Assembly (NCBI GenBank): GCA_049428425.1
Contig: JBMTAF010000003.1
Span: 1 to 35,850 of the forward strand
Reading direction: 5' to 3'
Origin: Candidatus Nanopelagicales bacterium
GTDB taxonomy: Bacteria > Actinomycetota > Actinomycetes > S36-B12 > UBA5976
DNA: 35,850 nucleotides
The notes under the pieces were generated by a model that did no database searches, had not been told where the DNA came from, and was given only the letters and a program-made list of their open reading frames with translations. This document shows, in pieces, positions 9,518 through 19,671 of this stretch (positions within the stretch are counted from its first letter, which is position 1; each line of letters starts with the position of its first letter). Both the position numbers and the translations under genes were made by a program.

Positions 9518-10697
9518 CGGAGATATTCCACCAGTTGATGGGTCACTGCCCGCAACGGCGTTAGCAAGTTTGCCCGAACAGAAGTTCGGGCTTTACTTGC
9601 ATGTACCGTTTTGTACCAAACGTTGCGGCTATTGTGATTTCAACACATATACCGCAACTGAGCTCGGAGGTTTTTCCGCGGCTGATTGGCCCCGGTTTGT
9701 AATTCAAGAACTGGAATTGGCCAACCGAGTGCTCGGTGGGTTACCAACCATTGAAACAATCTTTATTGGTGGCGGCACCCCATCACTAATTGCACCTGAT
9801 CAATATCAGCAAATTTTCGCTCAAATTAAGAAACATTTTTCGCCAAACATTGAAATAACGCTGGAAGCAAATCCTGATTCGGTTACAACAGAATCACTAT
9901 CTGGTTATTTTGATCTTGGAATAAATCGAATCTCGTTTGGCATGCAAAGTGCAGCAAAGAATGTGCTAGCAGTTTTGGATCGCACGCATAATCCAGCCAA
10001 TGTTGAGTCAGCGGTCTTAGCTGCTAACGCGATTGGTTTTCAAGACTTGAGTTTAGATTTAATTTATGGAACACCAGGTGAAACTGACCAAGATTGGGTT
10101 GCTTCATTAGAGCTTGCGCTGCAACTACCGATAAACCATTTATCGGCATATTCATTGATAGTTGAGTCAGGCACCAAACTTGCGAGCTTAGTTAAGCGCG
10201 GCGAAATTCCAATGCCAGATGACGATATTGCAGCAAAGCGCTATTTGATTGCTGAAGAGGTTTTGGCGAGCAAAGGTTTTGCTTGGTATGAAATTTCTAA
10301 TTGGGGCAAAGCCGGCGCTGCTTGCAAACACAATCAACTTTATTGGCAGAGCGCTAACTGGTGGGGAATTGGTCCAGGAGCGCATAGCCATATTGGTGCT
10401 GTTCGCTGGTGGAATGAAAAATACCCAGCGACTTGGGCAGCAGCGCTTGCAAAGGGTGACTCACCAGCCGCAGGTCGCGAGCAGCTGTCGGCAGATCAGC
10501 GGTTAGCAGAATTAGTAATGCTCAGACTTCGGGAGCGAAGTGGCTTGCCGCTGGAGTTACTGCCAGATCCCGACGCGGCCCAGCAACTATTGACGGCTGG
10601 CTGGGTGGAGCCAGCCGCCCTGGCTGACGGCCAGATCGTGCTCAACGTGGCGGGCAGATTGATGGCCGACCGAGCAGCAATGCTGCTTCTAAAGTGA
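9501..10697 (+). CDS. hemW: Radical SAM heme chaperone HemW (HemN-like)
   Basis: LYLHVPFCTKRCGYCDFN (CxxxCxxC), GGGTPS, EANP, YEISNW, HNQLYW; located between lepA and hrcA. Start probably GTG 9501 (ORF extends to 9483). Confidence 0.95.
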   Translation: MPKQPDGDIPPVDGSLPATALASLPEQKFGLYLHVPFCTKRCGYCDFNTYTATELGGFSAADWPRFVIQELELANRVLGGLPTIETIFIGGGTPSLIAPDQYQQIFAQIKKHFSPNIEITLEANPDSVTTESLSGYFDLGINRISFGMQSAAKNVLAVLDRTHNPANVESAVLAANAIGFQDLSLDLIYGTPGETDQDWVASLELALQLPINHLSAYSLIVESGTKLASLVKRGEIPMPDDDIAAKRYLIAEEVLASKGFAWYEISNWGKAGAACKHNQLYWQSANWWGIGPGAHSHIGAVRWWNEKYPATWAAALAKGDSPAAGREQLSADQRLAELVMLRLRERSGLPLELLPDPDAAQQLLTAGWVEPAALADGQIVLNVAGRLMADRAAMLLLK

Positions 10698-10705
10698 GCC
10701 AGTTT

Positions 10706-10732
10706 TTAGCACTCGACTTACACTTCTGCTAA
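10706..10732 (+). promoter_or_regulatory. CIRCE-like HrcA operator with degenerate right arm
   Basis: TTAGCACTC-gacttacac-TTCTGCTAA versus consensus TTAGCACTC-N9-GAGTGCTAA: left arm 9/9, right arm 6/9, correct 9-nt spacer, 15 nt upstream of hrcA. Confidence 0.85.
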
Positions 10733-10747
10733 TGAAAGGGGGATTCG

Positions 10748-11761
10748 ATGCAGGACGAGCGCAAATTACGCGTGCTGAGGGCGATTATTGAGGATTACAT
10801 TGCCACCCAAGAGCCGGTTGGATCCCGCTTACTTTCTGAGCGACATGATCTTGGAGTTTCGCCAGCAACGCTGCGAAACGATATGTCAGCGCTGGAAAAC
10901 GAAGGCTACTTAGAGCAGCCGCATACCAGCGCTGGCCGGATTCCAACTGCCATGGGCTATCGACTCTTTGTTGATCAACTCAGCACAGTTAAGCCACTTT
11001 CCCCTGCCGAACAGCGTGCCATTATGAAGTTCCTGGAAGGTGCTGCAGATTTAGATGATGTTATGTCTCGCACTACTAAAGTCTTGTCACAATTAACCAA
11101 GCAAGCTGCCATTGTTCAGTATCCATCTTTGAGCAAAACTTCAATTCGACATGTTGAGTTAGTCAGAGTTACCGATCGAAAAATCTTGCTCGTGTTGGTC
11201 ACCGAAGCGGGACGAGTTGAACAACGCTATCTGGATTGCCCAGCAGAAATCACAGATAGTGATGTGGCACAGATGCGAAACAAACTTAATGCTGCCTTAG
11301 TTGGAGTTTATCTATCTGATTTTCAGAAGCAGCGAAAAAATATTAGTGAGCACTTTTCGGAAACGGACCGGGATTTTGCCAATTTGATTGTTGACGTATT
11401 AATTGAGCTCGCTGATCGTGAAGAGGAAGAACGAGTTGTTATTGGCGGAACGGCTAATTTGGCTCGCTATGCCAGTGAATACCAAACCATGATCAGGCCA
11501 GTACTTGAAGCGTTAGAAGAGCAGGTTGTGCTGCTGCGATTGATTGGTGAGGCGGTTGCGCCAGATATTTCAGTAAAGATTGGCATCGAAAACCCATCTG
11601 GTCTGGAATCTGCTGCGGTAGTTACCAGCGGATATCAAATTGGCGATCACACGGTTGCTCGATTGGGCGTAGTTGGTCCAACTCATATGGATTACCCAAC
11701 GACGATGGGTGCAGTTTTGGCAGTTTCAAATTATGTAGGTTCGATTTTGGCGGGGAAGTAA
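10748..11761 (+). CDS. hrcA: Heat-inducible transcription repressor HrcA
   Basis: VLRAIIEDYIATQEPVGS, SPATLRNDMSALE..G..QPHTSAGRIPT..GYR, C-terminal GVVGPTHMDY. Confidence 0.98.
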   Translation: MQDERKLRVLRAIIEDYIATQEPVGSRLLSERHDLGVSPATLRNDMSALENEGYLEQPHTSAGRIPTAMGYRLFVDQLSTVKPLSPAEQRAIMKFLEGAADLDDVMSRTTKVLSQLTKQAAIVQYPSLSKTSIRHVELVRVTDRKILLVLVTEAGRVEQRYLDCPAEITDSDVAQMRNKLNAALVGVYLSDFQKQRKNISEHFSETDRDFANLIVDVLIELADREEEERVVIGGTANLARYASEYQTMIRPVLEALEEQVVLLRLIGEAVAPDISVKIGIENPSGLESAAVVTSGYQIGDHTVARLGVVGPTHMDYPTTMGAVLAVSNYVGSILAGK

Positions 11762-11767
11762 GTGAAA

Positions 11768-12886
11768 ATGGCAACTGATTTATATGAGGTTCTTGGTGTC
11801 ACAAAATCGGCAACTGCTGATGAGATCAAGAAGGCATATCGAAAACTTGCAAGAGAGCTACATCCTGATGTCAATCCGGATGAAAAAGCACAAGAGCGAT
11901 TTAAGCAAGTCACTGCTGCCTACGAAGTATTGAGCGATGAGAAGCAACGCGCAGCATATGATCGCGGCGGCTTTGAGGAATTTGGCGGCTTTGGTGCAAA
12001 TGGATTTGATTTAGGCGATTTCGTTAATGCATTTTTTGGTGGCGGCGGAAACCAACGTGGGCCTCGTGCGCGAATGACGCGTGGTCAAGATGCGCTTATC
12101 CGACTCCGAATAGATTTATCTGAAGCGGTGTTCGGGGTTGAAAAAGAAATTACGGTGGATACTGCAATCGCATGTAAGGCGTGCGAAGCAACTGGCTCGG
12201 CCAGTGGCTCTGAATTGATCCAATGCCAAATGTGTAAAGGTAGAGGTGAAGTCAGTTCCGTCCAACGTTCATTCTTGGGCGACGTACGCACCACCAGAGC
12301 ATGTCCGCAGTGTTCCGGATTTGGTAACGTGATTGAGCATCCATGCACCGAGTGTTCGGGTGAAGGTCGAGTTCGAACCCGTCGAAATGTAAAAGTTGTA
12401 GTGCCAGGTGGAGTTGACACTGGATTGCGGTTGAAACTTTCTGGCCAAAGTGAGGTAGGGGCTTGGGGTGGACCTGCTGGCGATCTTTATGTTGAGATTT
12501 TGGTAAATGAGCATCCATCATTAAAGCGAAGTGGCGATGACCTTCATCTGCAAATCACCATTCCCGTTACCGCAGCAATCTTAGGTTGCTCCGTATCGAT
12601 ACCCACCTTGGATGGCAATAAGACGTTAAAGGTGCCAGCTGGAATTCAACCTGGCTCTGTGCTCTCGGTTAAATCATTAGGAGCAACTCATCTGCGCGGA
12701 AGTGGTCGCGGCGATTTATTAGTGCATGTCATGGTTGAGGTGCCGAAAGATTTAGATGCAAAACAAAAGAAGCTACTTGAAGAGCTGGCAAAACTTCGAC
12801 ATGAGGAAGATCCAGTTGCTGAAGTGACAACAGATCTGCAGAACGATGGTTTCTTCTCAAAACTTAAAGATGTTTTTGGCAAGTAA
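11768..12886 (+). CDS. dnaJ: Molecular chaperone DnaJ (hrcA-linked, DnaJ2-type)
   Basis: J domain with HPD, G/F-rich linker, four CxxC zinc-finger repeats, GDLYV. Alternative start GTG 11762. Confidence 0.97.
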   Translation: MATDLYEVLGVTKSATADEIKKAYRKLARELHPDVNPDEKAQERFKQVTAAYEVLSDEKQRAAYDRGGFEEFGGFGANGFDLGDFVNAFFGGGGNQRGPRARMTRGQDALIRLRIDLSEAVFGVEKEITVDTAIACKACEATGSASGSELIQCQMCKGRGEVSSVQRSFLGDVRTTRACPQCSGFGNVIEHPCTECSGEGRVRTRRNVKVVVPGGVDTGLRLKLSGQSEVGAWGGPAGDLYVEILVNEHPSLKRSGDDLHLQITIPVTAAILGCSVSIPTLDGNKTLKVPAGIQPGSVLSVKSLGATHLRGSGRGDLLVHVMVEVPKDLDAKQKKLLEELAKLRHEEDPVAEVTTDLQNDGFFSKLKDVFGK

Positions 12887-13605
12887 TGTTGCATTTGTTT
12901 AAGGTCGATGACCTATCGGGTTCCCACTTAACGCTTTCGGGAAATGCTGGAAAACACGCAGCTGCCTCTTTGCGGTTACGCGTTGGCGAGGAAGTAAATT
13001 TCACAACAGGTAATGGACTAAGTGCAATTGGCAAAGTTGTCGAGATTGTTTCAAAATCTGAAATCAGATTTGAACTAAGCAATCTAACTCAGCAAGAGCG
13101 TCCAACTCCAATAGTTTCAGTTCTGCAGGCTTTGCCCAAAGGAGATGGGGCGACTGCGGCGGTAGAGCTGATGGTTGAAGTTGGGGTTGATCAGATCTAT
13201 CCCTGGCAAGCAGAAAGAAGCATTTCGAAGTGGGATGCTGATAAAGAAATTTCTGGCGTCGCTAAATGGCAAGTTACTGCGGATGCAGCAGCAGCGCAAG
13301 CTAGACGCTTTTGGTTTCCTAAAGTAATGCCGTTAATTCGAGATTTGAATGAGTTGTCTGGAAAATTTGATCAGATAATTGTTTTTCATGAAGAATCATC
13401 ACAACCACTTCCACCGCAGATTGGAAACCACGTTTTACTTGTAATTGGACCTGAAGGCTCAATAACTGAAGCAGAGCGCGAACAACTACATCAACTGGGT
13501 GCAGTGGAGGCTCGAATGGGGGAGTCAATTCTTCGCAGCCGTCATGCGGCTATCGCTGGAGCTGCTGCAGTATTATCAAGAACTGCGAGGTGGGGAAATG
13601 TCTGA
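12886..13605 (+). CDS. rsmE: 16S rRNA (uracil1498-N3)-methyltransferase RsmE
   Basis: H..ASLRLRVGE, QALPKG, EVGVD, AAQARR, IGPEG SPOUT motif; follows dnaJ with TAATG overlap. Confidence 0.92.
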   Translation: MLHLFKVDDLSGSHLTLSGNAGKHAAASLRLRVGEEVNFTTGNGLSAIGKVVEIVSKSEIRFELSNLTQQERPTPIVSVLQALPKGDGATAAVELMVEVGVDQIYPWQAERSISKWDADKEISGVAKWQVTADAAAAQARRFWFPKVMPLIRDLNELSGKFDQIIVFHEESSQPLPPQIGNHVLLVIGPEGSITEAEREQLHQLGAVEARMGESILRSRHAAIAGAAAVLSRTARWGNV

Positions 13606-13942
13606 ACAGGATTGCTTATTTTGTAAGTTTGTTGCGAAGCAAATTCCAGTTGACTTAGTTGCTGAAAATGATGGCGCAATCGCATTTAACGATATCAATC
13701 CCCAAGCACCGGTGCATGTGTTGGTTATTCCGAAACTGCACGTATCGGATCTATCGGAATTATCGGAGCACCCAACAGATTTAACATCAGTCATTCAATT
13801 AGCAGCGCAGGTTGCTGAAGAACTTAAGTTGAGCGCTGGCTATCGGTTCGTATTTAACACTGGAACCCAAGCGGGCCAAAGCGTTTTTCACGCTCACGGG
13901 CACCTGCTGGGTGGGCGTTCCATGCAATGGCCACCGGGTTAG
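13598..13942 (+). CDS. Histidine triad (HIT) nucleotide-binding protein
   Basis: DCLFCK, DINPQAPVHVLVIP, GQSVFHAHGHLLGGR, WPPG. Start ATG 13598 after GAGGTGGGG. Confidence 0.96.
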   Translation: MSEQDCLFCKFVAKQIPVDLVAENDGAIAFNDINPQAPVHVLVIPKLHVSDLSELSEHPTDLTSVIQLAAQVAEELKLSAGYRFVFNTGTQAGQSVFHAHGHLLGGRSMQWPPG

Positions 13943-13951
13943 GCCTTATCC

Positions 13952-14989
13952 TTGGGCACTAGCAGCAAGGAGGCCCAGCTGGGCGCGAGTGAACCGGTAG
14001 CGGTAATTAAATCGGTAATTGTGATACCCCCTGCGTTTCCCATGATCGGTGTCGTGGGTGCTGGCGACGAATTAATCAAGGCCATTGAACGGCAATTTCC
14101 GACAACTCAGATCACCGTTCGAGGCAACGAGATTGCCCTTACCGGAGATGCTGAGTCGGTTGCGCTTATCGAAAACTTGATCAGTGAGATGTTGACTGTG
14201 CTGCGAACTGGACAAGGCTTAACCCCAGAAGCAGTCGAACGCTCCATTTCATGGCTGCAAGAGAAATCCGAACTTAAACCACATGAGGTGCTAACCGCCA
14301 ACATTCTTTCCACTCGCGGAAAAGCGATTCGAGCTAAGACGCTAAACCAAAAGAGATATGTTGATGCGATTGATCAACACACCATTGTGTTTGGTATTGG
14401 ACCGGCAGGAACCGGCAAGACTTATTTGGCCGTGGCAAAGGCAGTGCAAGCACTGCAAGAAAAACGAATCAATCGAATCATTTTGACTAGGCCAGCAGTT
14501 GAAGCTGGCGAACGATTGGGATTTCTGCCAGGAACATTATCCGAGAAAATTGATCCTTATCTAAGACCCTTGTATGACGCCTTGCATGACATGATTGAAC
14601 CCGAAAAAATTCCACGGCTAATGACTTCAGGGACAATTGAGGTTGCCCCACTTGCTTACATGCGTGGTCGCACTTTGAATGATGCATTTATTATTCTTGA
14701 TGAAGCACAAAACACTTCGCCAGAACAGATGAAAATGTTTTTAACTCGTCTTGGATTCGGTTCAACCATGGTAATTACTGGCGATGTCACTCAGATTGAT
14801 TTACCTCGGGGGAATAGTTCTGGTTTGCAGGTTGTCAAAGAAATTTTGCAGGGCGTGGAAGATGTTGCATTCTGTAACTTAACTTCAACGGACGTGGTTC
14901 GACATAAATTGGTCTCTAGAATCGTTGACGCGTACAGCGCATATGATGAAAAGCAAAACAAAAGAGCCAGGGACAAAAGCTCGAGATGA
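13952..14989 (+). CDS. phoH: PhoH-family ATPase (YbeZ/PhoH1-like); start uncertain (TTG 13952, CTG 13979 or GTG 14021)
   Basis: GPAGTGKT Walker A, TRPAVEAGERLGFLPG, LAYMRGRTL, DEAQN, GDVTQIDLP; upstream of ybeY. Confidence 0.96.
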   Translation: MGTSSKEAQLGASEPVAVIKSVIVIPPAFPMIGVVGAGDELIKAIERQFPTTQITVRGNEIALTGDAESVALIENLISEMLTVLRTGQGLTPEAVERSISWLQEKSELKPHEVLTANILSTRGKAIRAKTLNQKRYVDAIDQHTIVFGIGPAGTGKTYLAVAKAVQALQEKRINRIILTRPAVEAGERLGFLPGTLSEKIDPYLRPLYDALHDMIEPEKIPRLMTSGTIEVAPLAYMRGRTLNDAFIILDEAQNTSPEQMKMFLTRLGFGSTMVITGDVTQIDLPRGNSSGLQVVKEILQGVEDVAFCNLTSTDVVRHKLVSRIVDAYSAYDEKQNKRARDKSSR

Positions 14990-15438
14990 CAGTTGAAGTT
15001 TTGAATGAAACCAATAGTGAAGTTGACCTGCAATCTATTTCACAGTTAGCAACATTTGCCATGTCTAGAATGAAGATTCATCCGCAAGCGGATCTTTCTA
15101 TAATTTTCGTGGATGAAGATTCAATCGCTGAACTAAATAAGCGATGGATGGATGAAACTGGCCCAACTGACGTATTGAGTTTTCCAATGGATGAACTACG
15201 TCCTGGCGATGATTCTGAAGTCTCCGCTGATTCACTGCTTGGTGACATCGTGATCTGCCCGCAAGTTGCTGCGACGCAAGCGGTCAGCGCAGGAAAGCCT
15301 GTGGCCGAAGAGATCCAACTGCTTTTAGTGCATGGATTTTTGCATTTGTTGGGTTTTGATCATGCGGAACCAGCTGAGCATCAGCGTATGTTTGCCTTAC
15401 AAGATCAGATTTTGGCGGAATGGAGAGCTGCAGCCTAA
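14986..15438 (+). CDS. ybeY: rRNA maturation endoribonuclease YbeY
   Basis: PTDVLSFP, LGDIVIC and HGFLHLLGFDH metal-binding motif. Confidence 0.97.
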   Translation: MTVEVLNETNSEVDLQSISQLATFAMSRMKIHPQADLSIIFVDEDSIAELNKRWMDETGPTDVLSFPMDELRPGDDSEVSADSLLGDIVICPQVAATQAVSAGKPVAEEIQLLLVHGFLHLLGFDHAEPAEHQRMFALQDQILAEWRAAA

Positions 15439-16730
15439 TGAATTGGTATTCGATTCTGACGGTGATTGTCACCTTGTTCTTTGCTGGAGTTTCAGCAATG
15501 CTCCGTACTGCCATTGATTCGACTTCAATCACGTTAATTGAAGAAAAGGCGGACAGTGGAAGTAAATCCGCGCAGCGACTGGTCAAGATCATTCGCAGGC
15601 CGGCGCCAGCCGTTAATGCGTTAGTTTTCACTCAGTTAGCGTTGACAGTGCTGGCCACTATTTTGGCTACCGAGACGTTGGTTGTAGAAACTCAGCGTGG
15701 TTTGAGTGTGCTTTGGGTAGTTATTTTGCTTACTTTTGTGGGCTACATATTTATTGGTGTGGCACCGGCAACTTTGGGTAGGCAGCATGCCGAAAAGATC
15801 ACTCTATTTTTAGCACGACCCATATCTTTGCTTGGTCAGATATTCTCACCATTAACCACGGTCTTGATCTTTATCGGCAATGCCATCACACCAGGTAAAG
15901 GATTTAGGCAAGGTCCATTTGCTTCGACTTCTCACCTTAGAGATTTATTGGATATCGCTGAAGCCGATCAGGTAATTGAAGACGATGAGGCGCAGATGCT
16001 GCACTCAGTTTTCGATCTGGGCGAAACTCACGTTCGTGAGGTAATGGTCCCGCGAACCGAGATGGTCTGGATCGAGAAGGACAAAACCTTGCGTCAAGCG
16101 GTATCGCTGGCCTTGCGATCTGGCTTTAGCCGTATTCCAGTTATCGGCGAAGACGGCGATGACGTGGTTGGCGTAATCTACTTAAAGGATTTGATCAAGC
16201 GTATTTTTGAGCATCGTGATGCTGAGAGTAGTGAGCGAGTAGATTCATTAATGCGTCCACCTTATTTCATTCCGGACAGCAAGTTAGTTGATGAACTACT
16301 AAAAGAGATGCAAGGTGCCCGAGTGCATCTGGCAATTGCGGTTGATGAGTATGGCGGCACCGCTGGAATAATTACGATTGAAGACATTATTGAAGAAATT
16401 GTCGGCGAGATTGCAGATGAGTTCGATCGAGATGCTCCAGAAGTAACTCAACTAAGCGAAAATTCCTACCGAGTTTCTTCTAGAATGAATATCGATGATT
16501 TCAGCGATTTAATTGAGTTGAAGTTAACTAGTGATGACGAAGAGGCCGTTGATACAGTGGCTGGCCTGATGGCGTTAAAGCTGGAGCGAGTCGCAATTCC
16601 GGGCTCATCAATAGTTATTGGCGGTTGGCGTCTAACTGCCGAATCTGGTGTTGGCCGTCGAAATCGCGTGGCTACTGTGCTCGCCGAGCGAGAGATTCCG
16701 ATTGAGCCAGAAATAGAAACTGAGCAGTGA
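15438..16730 (+). CDS. Hemolysin-family/CorC-CNNM membrane protein (DUF21, CBS pair, CorC domain)
   Basis: N-terminal TM helices, [47 protein letters not shown] coupling to ybeY. Confidence 0.93.
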   Translation: MNWYSILTVIVTLFFAGVSAMLRTAIDSTSITLIEEKADSGSKSAQRLVKIIRRPAPAVNALVFTQLALTVLATILATETLVVETQRGLSVLWVVILLTFVGYIFIGVAPATLGRQHAEKITLFLARPISLLGQIFSPLTTVLIFIGNAITPGKGFRQGPFASTSHLRDLLDIAEADQVIEDDEAQMLHSVFDLGETHVREVMVPRTEMVWIEKDKTLRQAVSLALRSGFSRIPVIGEDGDDVVGVIYLKDLIKRIFEHRDAESSERVDSLMRPPYFIPDSKLVDELLKEMQGARVHLAIAVDEYGGTAGIITIEDIIEEIVGEIADEFDRDAPEVTQLSENSYRVSSRMNIDDFSDLIELKLTSDDEEAVDTVAGLMALKLERVAIPGSSIVIGGWRLTAESGVGRRNRVATVLAEREIPIEPEIETEQ

Positions 16731-17617
16731 CATCTCAGATATCAGCTAAGGCTGGTTTTGGTTTTGTCGTCATTGCCAGCATATTGTTTGGCACTACTGG
16801 AACCGCACAACAAATATTTAATCCAACCGCATCTGGGTTTTACGTTGGCGCGGCACGACAAGTAGTTGGCGGCATAGCCATGTTGTTGCTGGTAGTAGCT
16901 ATGGGACATCGTGGCATATTTCGATTGATTTTCACTAAGGCCGGTCTGCTTGCGGCATTTGGTACGCTGCTTTATCAAATTACTTTTTTTGTAGGTATCT
17001 CTAGTAATGGCGTTTCAGCAGGAACAGTGGTTGCGTTAGGTAGTGCACCAATATTTACTGCAGCGCTCTCTTACTTCATGCTAAAAGAACGCATTACTGG
17101 ATCAAAAATTGCTGTCTTTGCTGTTGTGCTAGTTGGGATCTGGTTGTTGCTAGTGGGATTTACTTTTGAGTTTGATCTATCAATCGGAATTTTCGCCTCG
17201 ATTGGCGCCGGAATTGGGTATGCGCTCTACACCGTGAATGCCAAAGCCATGGTGAAATCGGGAGTTGACTCCACAGTTGCTTTAGCCGTTGCATTTGGTG
17301 GCGCTGTCCCAATTGCGCTGTTGCTCTTGCTAACCGGCGAGCTCAACTGGATAACTGAGATTAGCGGCTGGGGTCTGGCTATTTATTTGGGAATTGTGCC
17401 CACTGCAGTTGCTTACTATTTCTTCGGCAAGGGATTAGTTGCACTTTCCGCTGCTACCGTGGCGACTATCACGTTGATTGAGCCAGTAGTTGCCACGATT
17501 TTGGCATTAATTGTTGTTGGTGAGACTTTGCAACTAGTTGAAGTCGCTGGGATTGTGATTGTTATTGTTGGGTTAGGAATATTGAGCAAAATCGAGAATC
17601 GGGCAGGTAAGCAGTGA
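16727..17617 (+). CDS. EamA/DMT-family transporter
   Basis: About 10 TM segments in two repeats; LFGTTGTAQ, APIF, YALY, PTAVAY..F..GL, LIEPVVA...VVGE. Confidence 0.9.
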   Translation: MTSQISAKAGFGFVVIASILFGTTGTAQQIFNPTASGFYVGAARQVVGGIAMLLLVVAMGHRGIFRLIFTKAGLLAAFGTLLYQITFFVGISSNGVSAGTVVALGSAPIFTAALSYFMLKERITGSKIAVFAVVLVGIWLLLVGFTFEFDLSIGIFASIGAGIGYALYTVNAKAMVKSGVDSTVALAVAFGGAVPIALLLLLTGELNWITEISGWGLAIYLGIVPTAVAYYFFGKGLVALSAATVATITLIEPVVATILALIVVGETLQLVEVAGIVIVIVGLGILSKIENRAGKQ

Positions 17618-18525
17618 CCTTTAGATCTGGTTTTGTTAGCTTTGTTGGTCGTCCAAATGTCGGTAAATCCACTCTAACCAACGCATTAGTTGGGGAGAAG
17701 ATCGCGATCGTTTCGGATCGGCCGCAAACCACGCGTCGTTTGATTCGTGGCGTAGTGCATCGCGATCAAGGTCAGATAGTGATTTTGGATACCCCAGGCA
17801 TGCACAAACCGAAAACGTTACTAGGCGAGCGATTAAACGATCTAGTGGTCGGCTCACTAAGCGAAGTAGACCTAGTAGGAATTTGCTTTCCTGCCAATGA
17901 GGAGATTGGCACTGGCGATAAATTCATTCTGCAGCAAGTATTGCAGGTTAACAAGAATGTTTTTCTAGTTATTACCAAAACCGATGCCGCTAAGCCAGCC
18001 CAGATTGCGGAGCGAATCACGCAAGCTATGGAATTAGAAAAAGAATATGGGTTTTCCTGGAAGTTTGTCGTTCCAGTAAGTCCAGTGGATGAAACAAATC
18101 TGCCTCAACTAGTTGCGGAGATCTTGCAAGCATTACCAGAGGGTCCACCACTTTATCCTGATGGACAGTTAACTGATCAACCAGAACGAGAGTTAGTTGC
18201 CGAATTTATTCGAGAAGCTGCATTGCAGGATCTTCGAGAAGAGCTGCCCCATTCAGTTACGGTTATTGTTGAGGAGATGAACCTTCGCGAAGGTCGAGAC
18301 GAAATGAAGCCTCTCATGGATATCTTCGCTGATATTCACGTTGAGCGAGATAGTCAGAAGGCCATAGTGATTGGAAAGCAAGGGGCGCAGCTAAGGGCGA
18401 TTGGTACGCAAGCTCGCATCAGAATTGAAAAACTGCTTGGCATGCGAGTGCACCTAAACTTGCACGTTCGAGTTTCCCCAAACTGGCAGTCAGATCCAAA
18501 ATATTTAGGTAAATTGGGTTTCTAA
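17614..18525 (+). CDS. era: GTPase Era
   Basis: FRSGFVSFVGRPNVGKSTL, PQTTR, DTPG, TKTD, EELPHS, KH domain SQKAIVIGKQG. Confidence 0.99.
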   Translation: MTFRSGFVSFVGRPNVGKSTLTNALVGEKIAIVSDRPQTTRRLIRGVVHRDQGQIVILDTPGMHKPKTLLGERLNDLVVGSLSEVDLVGICFPANEEIGTGDKFILQQVLQVNKNVFLVITKTDAAKPAQIAERITQAMELEKEYGFSWKFVVPVSPVDETNLPQLVAEILQALPEGPPLYPDGQLTDQPERELVAEFIREAALQDLREELPHSVTVIVEEMNLREGRDEMKPLMDIFADIHVERDSQKAIVIGKQGAQLRAIGTQARIRIEKLLGMRVHLNLHVRVSPNWQSDPKYLGKLGF

Positions 18526-19595
18526 TTTTCTAAAATCTCATAGCGGTGCAGATAGGTTTGAATCACTGCAACCAAAATCGCCATAACTGGAATTGCGATA
18601 AATGCACCAACTGCACCAAACATAGTTCCACCAGCAAGCACCGCACCAAATGCAATAGCTGGATGAATTGCAAGTGCTTTGGCAGCTAATTTTGGCGCGA
18701 GAATAAAGTTCTCAAATTGCTGATAAATTGCGCCAAAGACAATCACCGCAATTGCTAATTTCAAGCTTTCCGATAGAGCTACCAGAGTTGGCAGCGCAAT
18801 TGCGATGTAGGTTCCAATGGTTGGAATAAATTGAGAGACTATTCCAGTAAATAGCGCAATTGGGAGCCAATATGGAATTCCAAGCACTAACAAAAACACT
18901 GCGGTAGCGGCGAAGCTTGCTGCAGCTAAGACAACTCGGGTAAGCACAAATCCGCCAGCTTTATTTATCGAGATATTCCAAACCTGGCTAAACACTCCCT
19001 GCTGTTTTGGCGGTAGTGCTTGGGCAATAGATCGCCGAATTTTTGGCGCATCCGCTGAGAAATAAAACAGGAATAGCAGAAATGCCAGAAAATTAATGAC
19101 AAATCCCAGAAATGCGGAGACGAAACCAAACAAACCACCTGCTAGTGAGGTAGCCAGATCAGTCGCTTGGGTTGAGCTTAGGTTTAGGGATTCAATCAGT
19201 TGTTGCGGATCTACTTCAGTGCCAAAATTCCGATTTAACCAATCCACCACATTACGAACTATCTCTGGAGCGGTAGTTAACAGCGATGATGCTTGAGTAA
19301 ACAAGAGTTGACCAAACAGTGCAATAAATCCAATTGTGCCAACTGCAACTCCCGCCAACACTGCGCCAGTTGCCAGCCCTCGGCGCCAAGATTTTTGCTC
19401 TAAGTAGGAAACCGCAGGTTCGATCGAAACCGATAGCAACCAAGCCAAAAAGATAAGCAGCAACAGGCTACGTAGGGTCACTAACGCCCAATTGAGCAGC
19501 AAAAAGACTGCTACCGCCGCAAACACTAAAAACAGGGCAGATCGAATTTTAGTTAACTCAATCTTCACTGTGTTTGGCTCTGGATTTTCGCTCAT
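18522..19595 (-). CDS. AI-2E family transporter (UPF0118/PerM-like)
   Basis: Multi-TM protein with P.V..LE, FIPTIG, YQQFENFILAPK, IHPA and G..GAFIAIP motifs. ATG 19595 lies 6 nt after minus-strand TACGCT; ORF track start is 19601. Confidence 0.92.
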   Translation of the reverse strand: MSENPEPNTVKIELTKIRSALFLVFAAVAVFLLLNWALVTLRSLLLLIFLAWLLSVSIEPAVSYLEQKSWRRGLATGAVLAGVAVGTIGFIALFGQLLFTQASSLLTTAPEIVRNVVDWLNRNFGTEVDPQQLIESLNLSSTQATDLATSLAGGLFGFVSAFLGFVINFLAFLLFLFYFSADAPKIRRSIAQALPPKQQGVFSQVWNISINKAGGFVLTRVVLAAASFAATAVFLLVLGIPYWLPIALFTGIVSQFIPTIGTYIAIALPTLVALSESLKLAIAVIVFGAIYQQFENFILAPKLAAKALAIHPAIAFGAVLAGGTMFGAVGAFIAIPVMAILVAVIQTYLHRYEILEN

Positions 19596-19671
19596 CCGCA
19601 TAGCGTAAGTCAGATCTGGCTAAACCAGGTGTCGTGAGCGCAAATTTGCTGAAATAGTCCACAATTTGGCT

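Noticed and set aside
15438-16730. Hemolysin as a virulence toxin
   Set aside because: The DUF21-CBS-CorC architecture is the common Mg/Co homeostasis family found next to ybeY.
19655-19666. CACAATT shared by the comEA, recO and fabD upstream regions as a common operator
   Set aside because: At recO it is explained as the -10 hexamer, positions relative to the starts differ, and the word is short and AT-rich.
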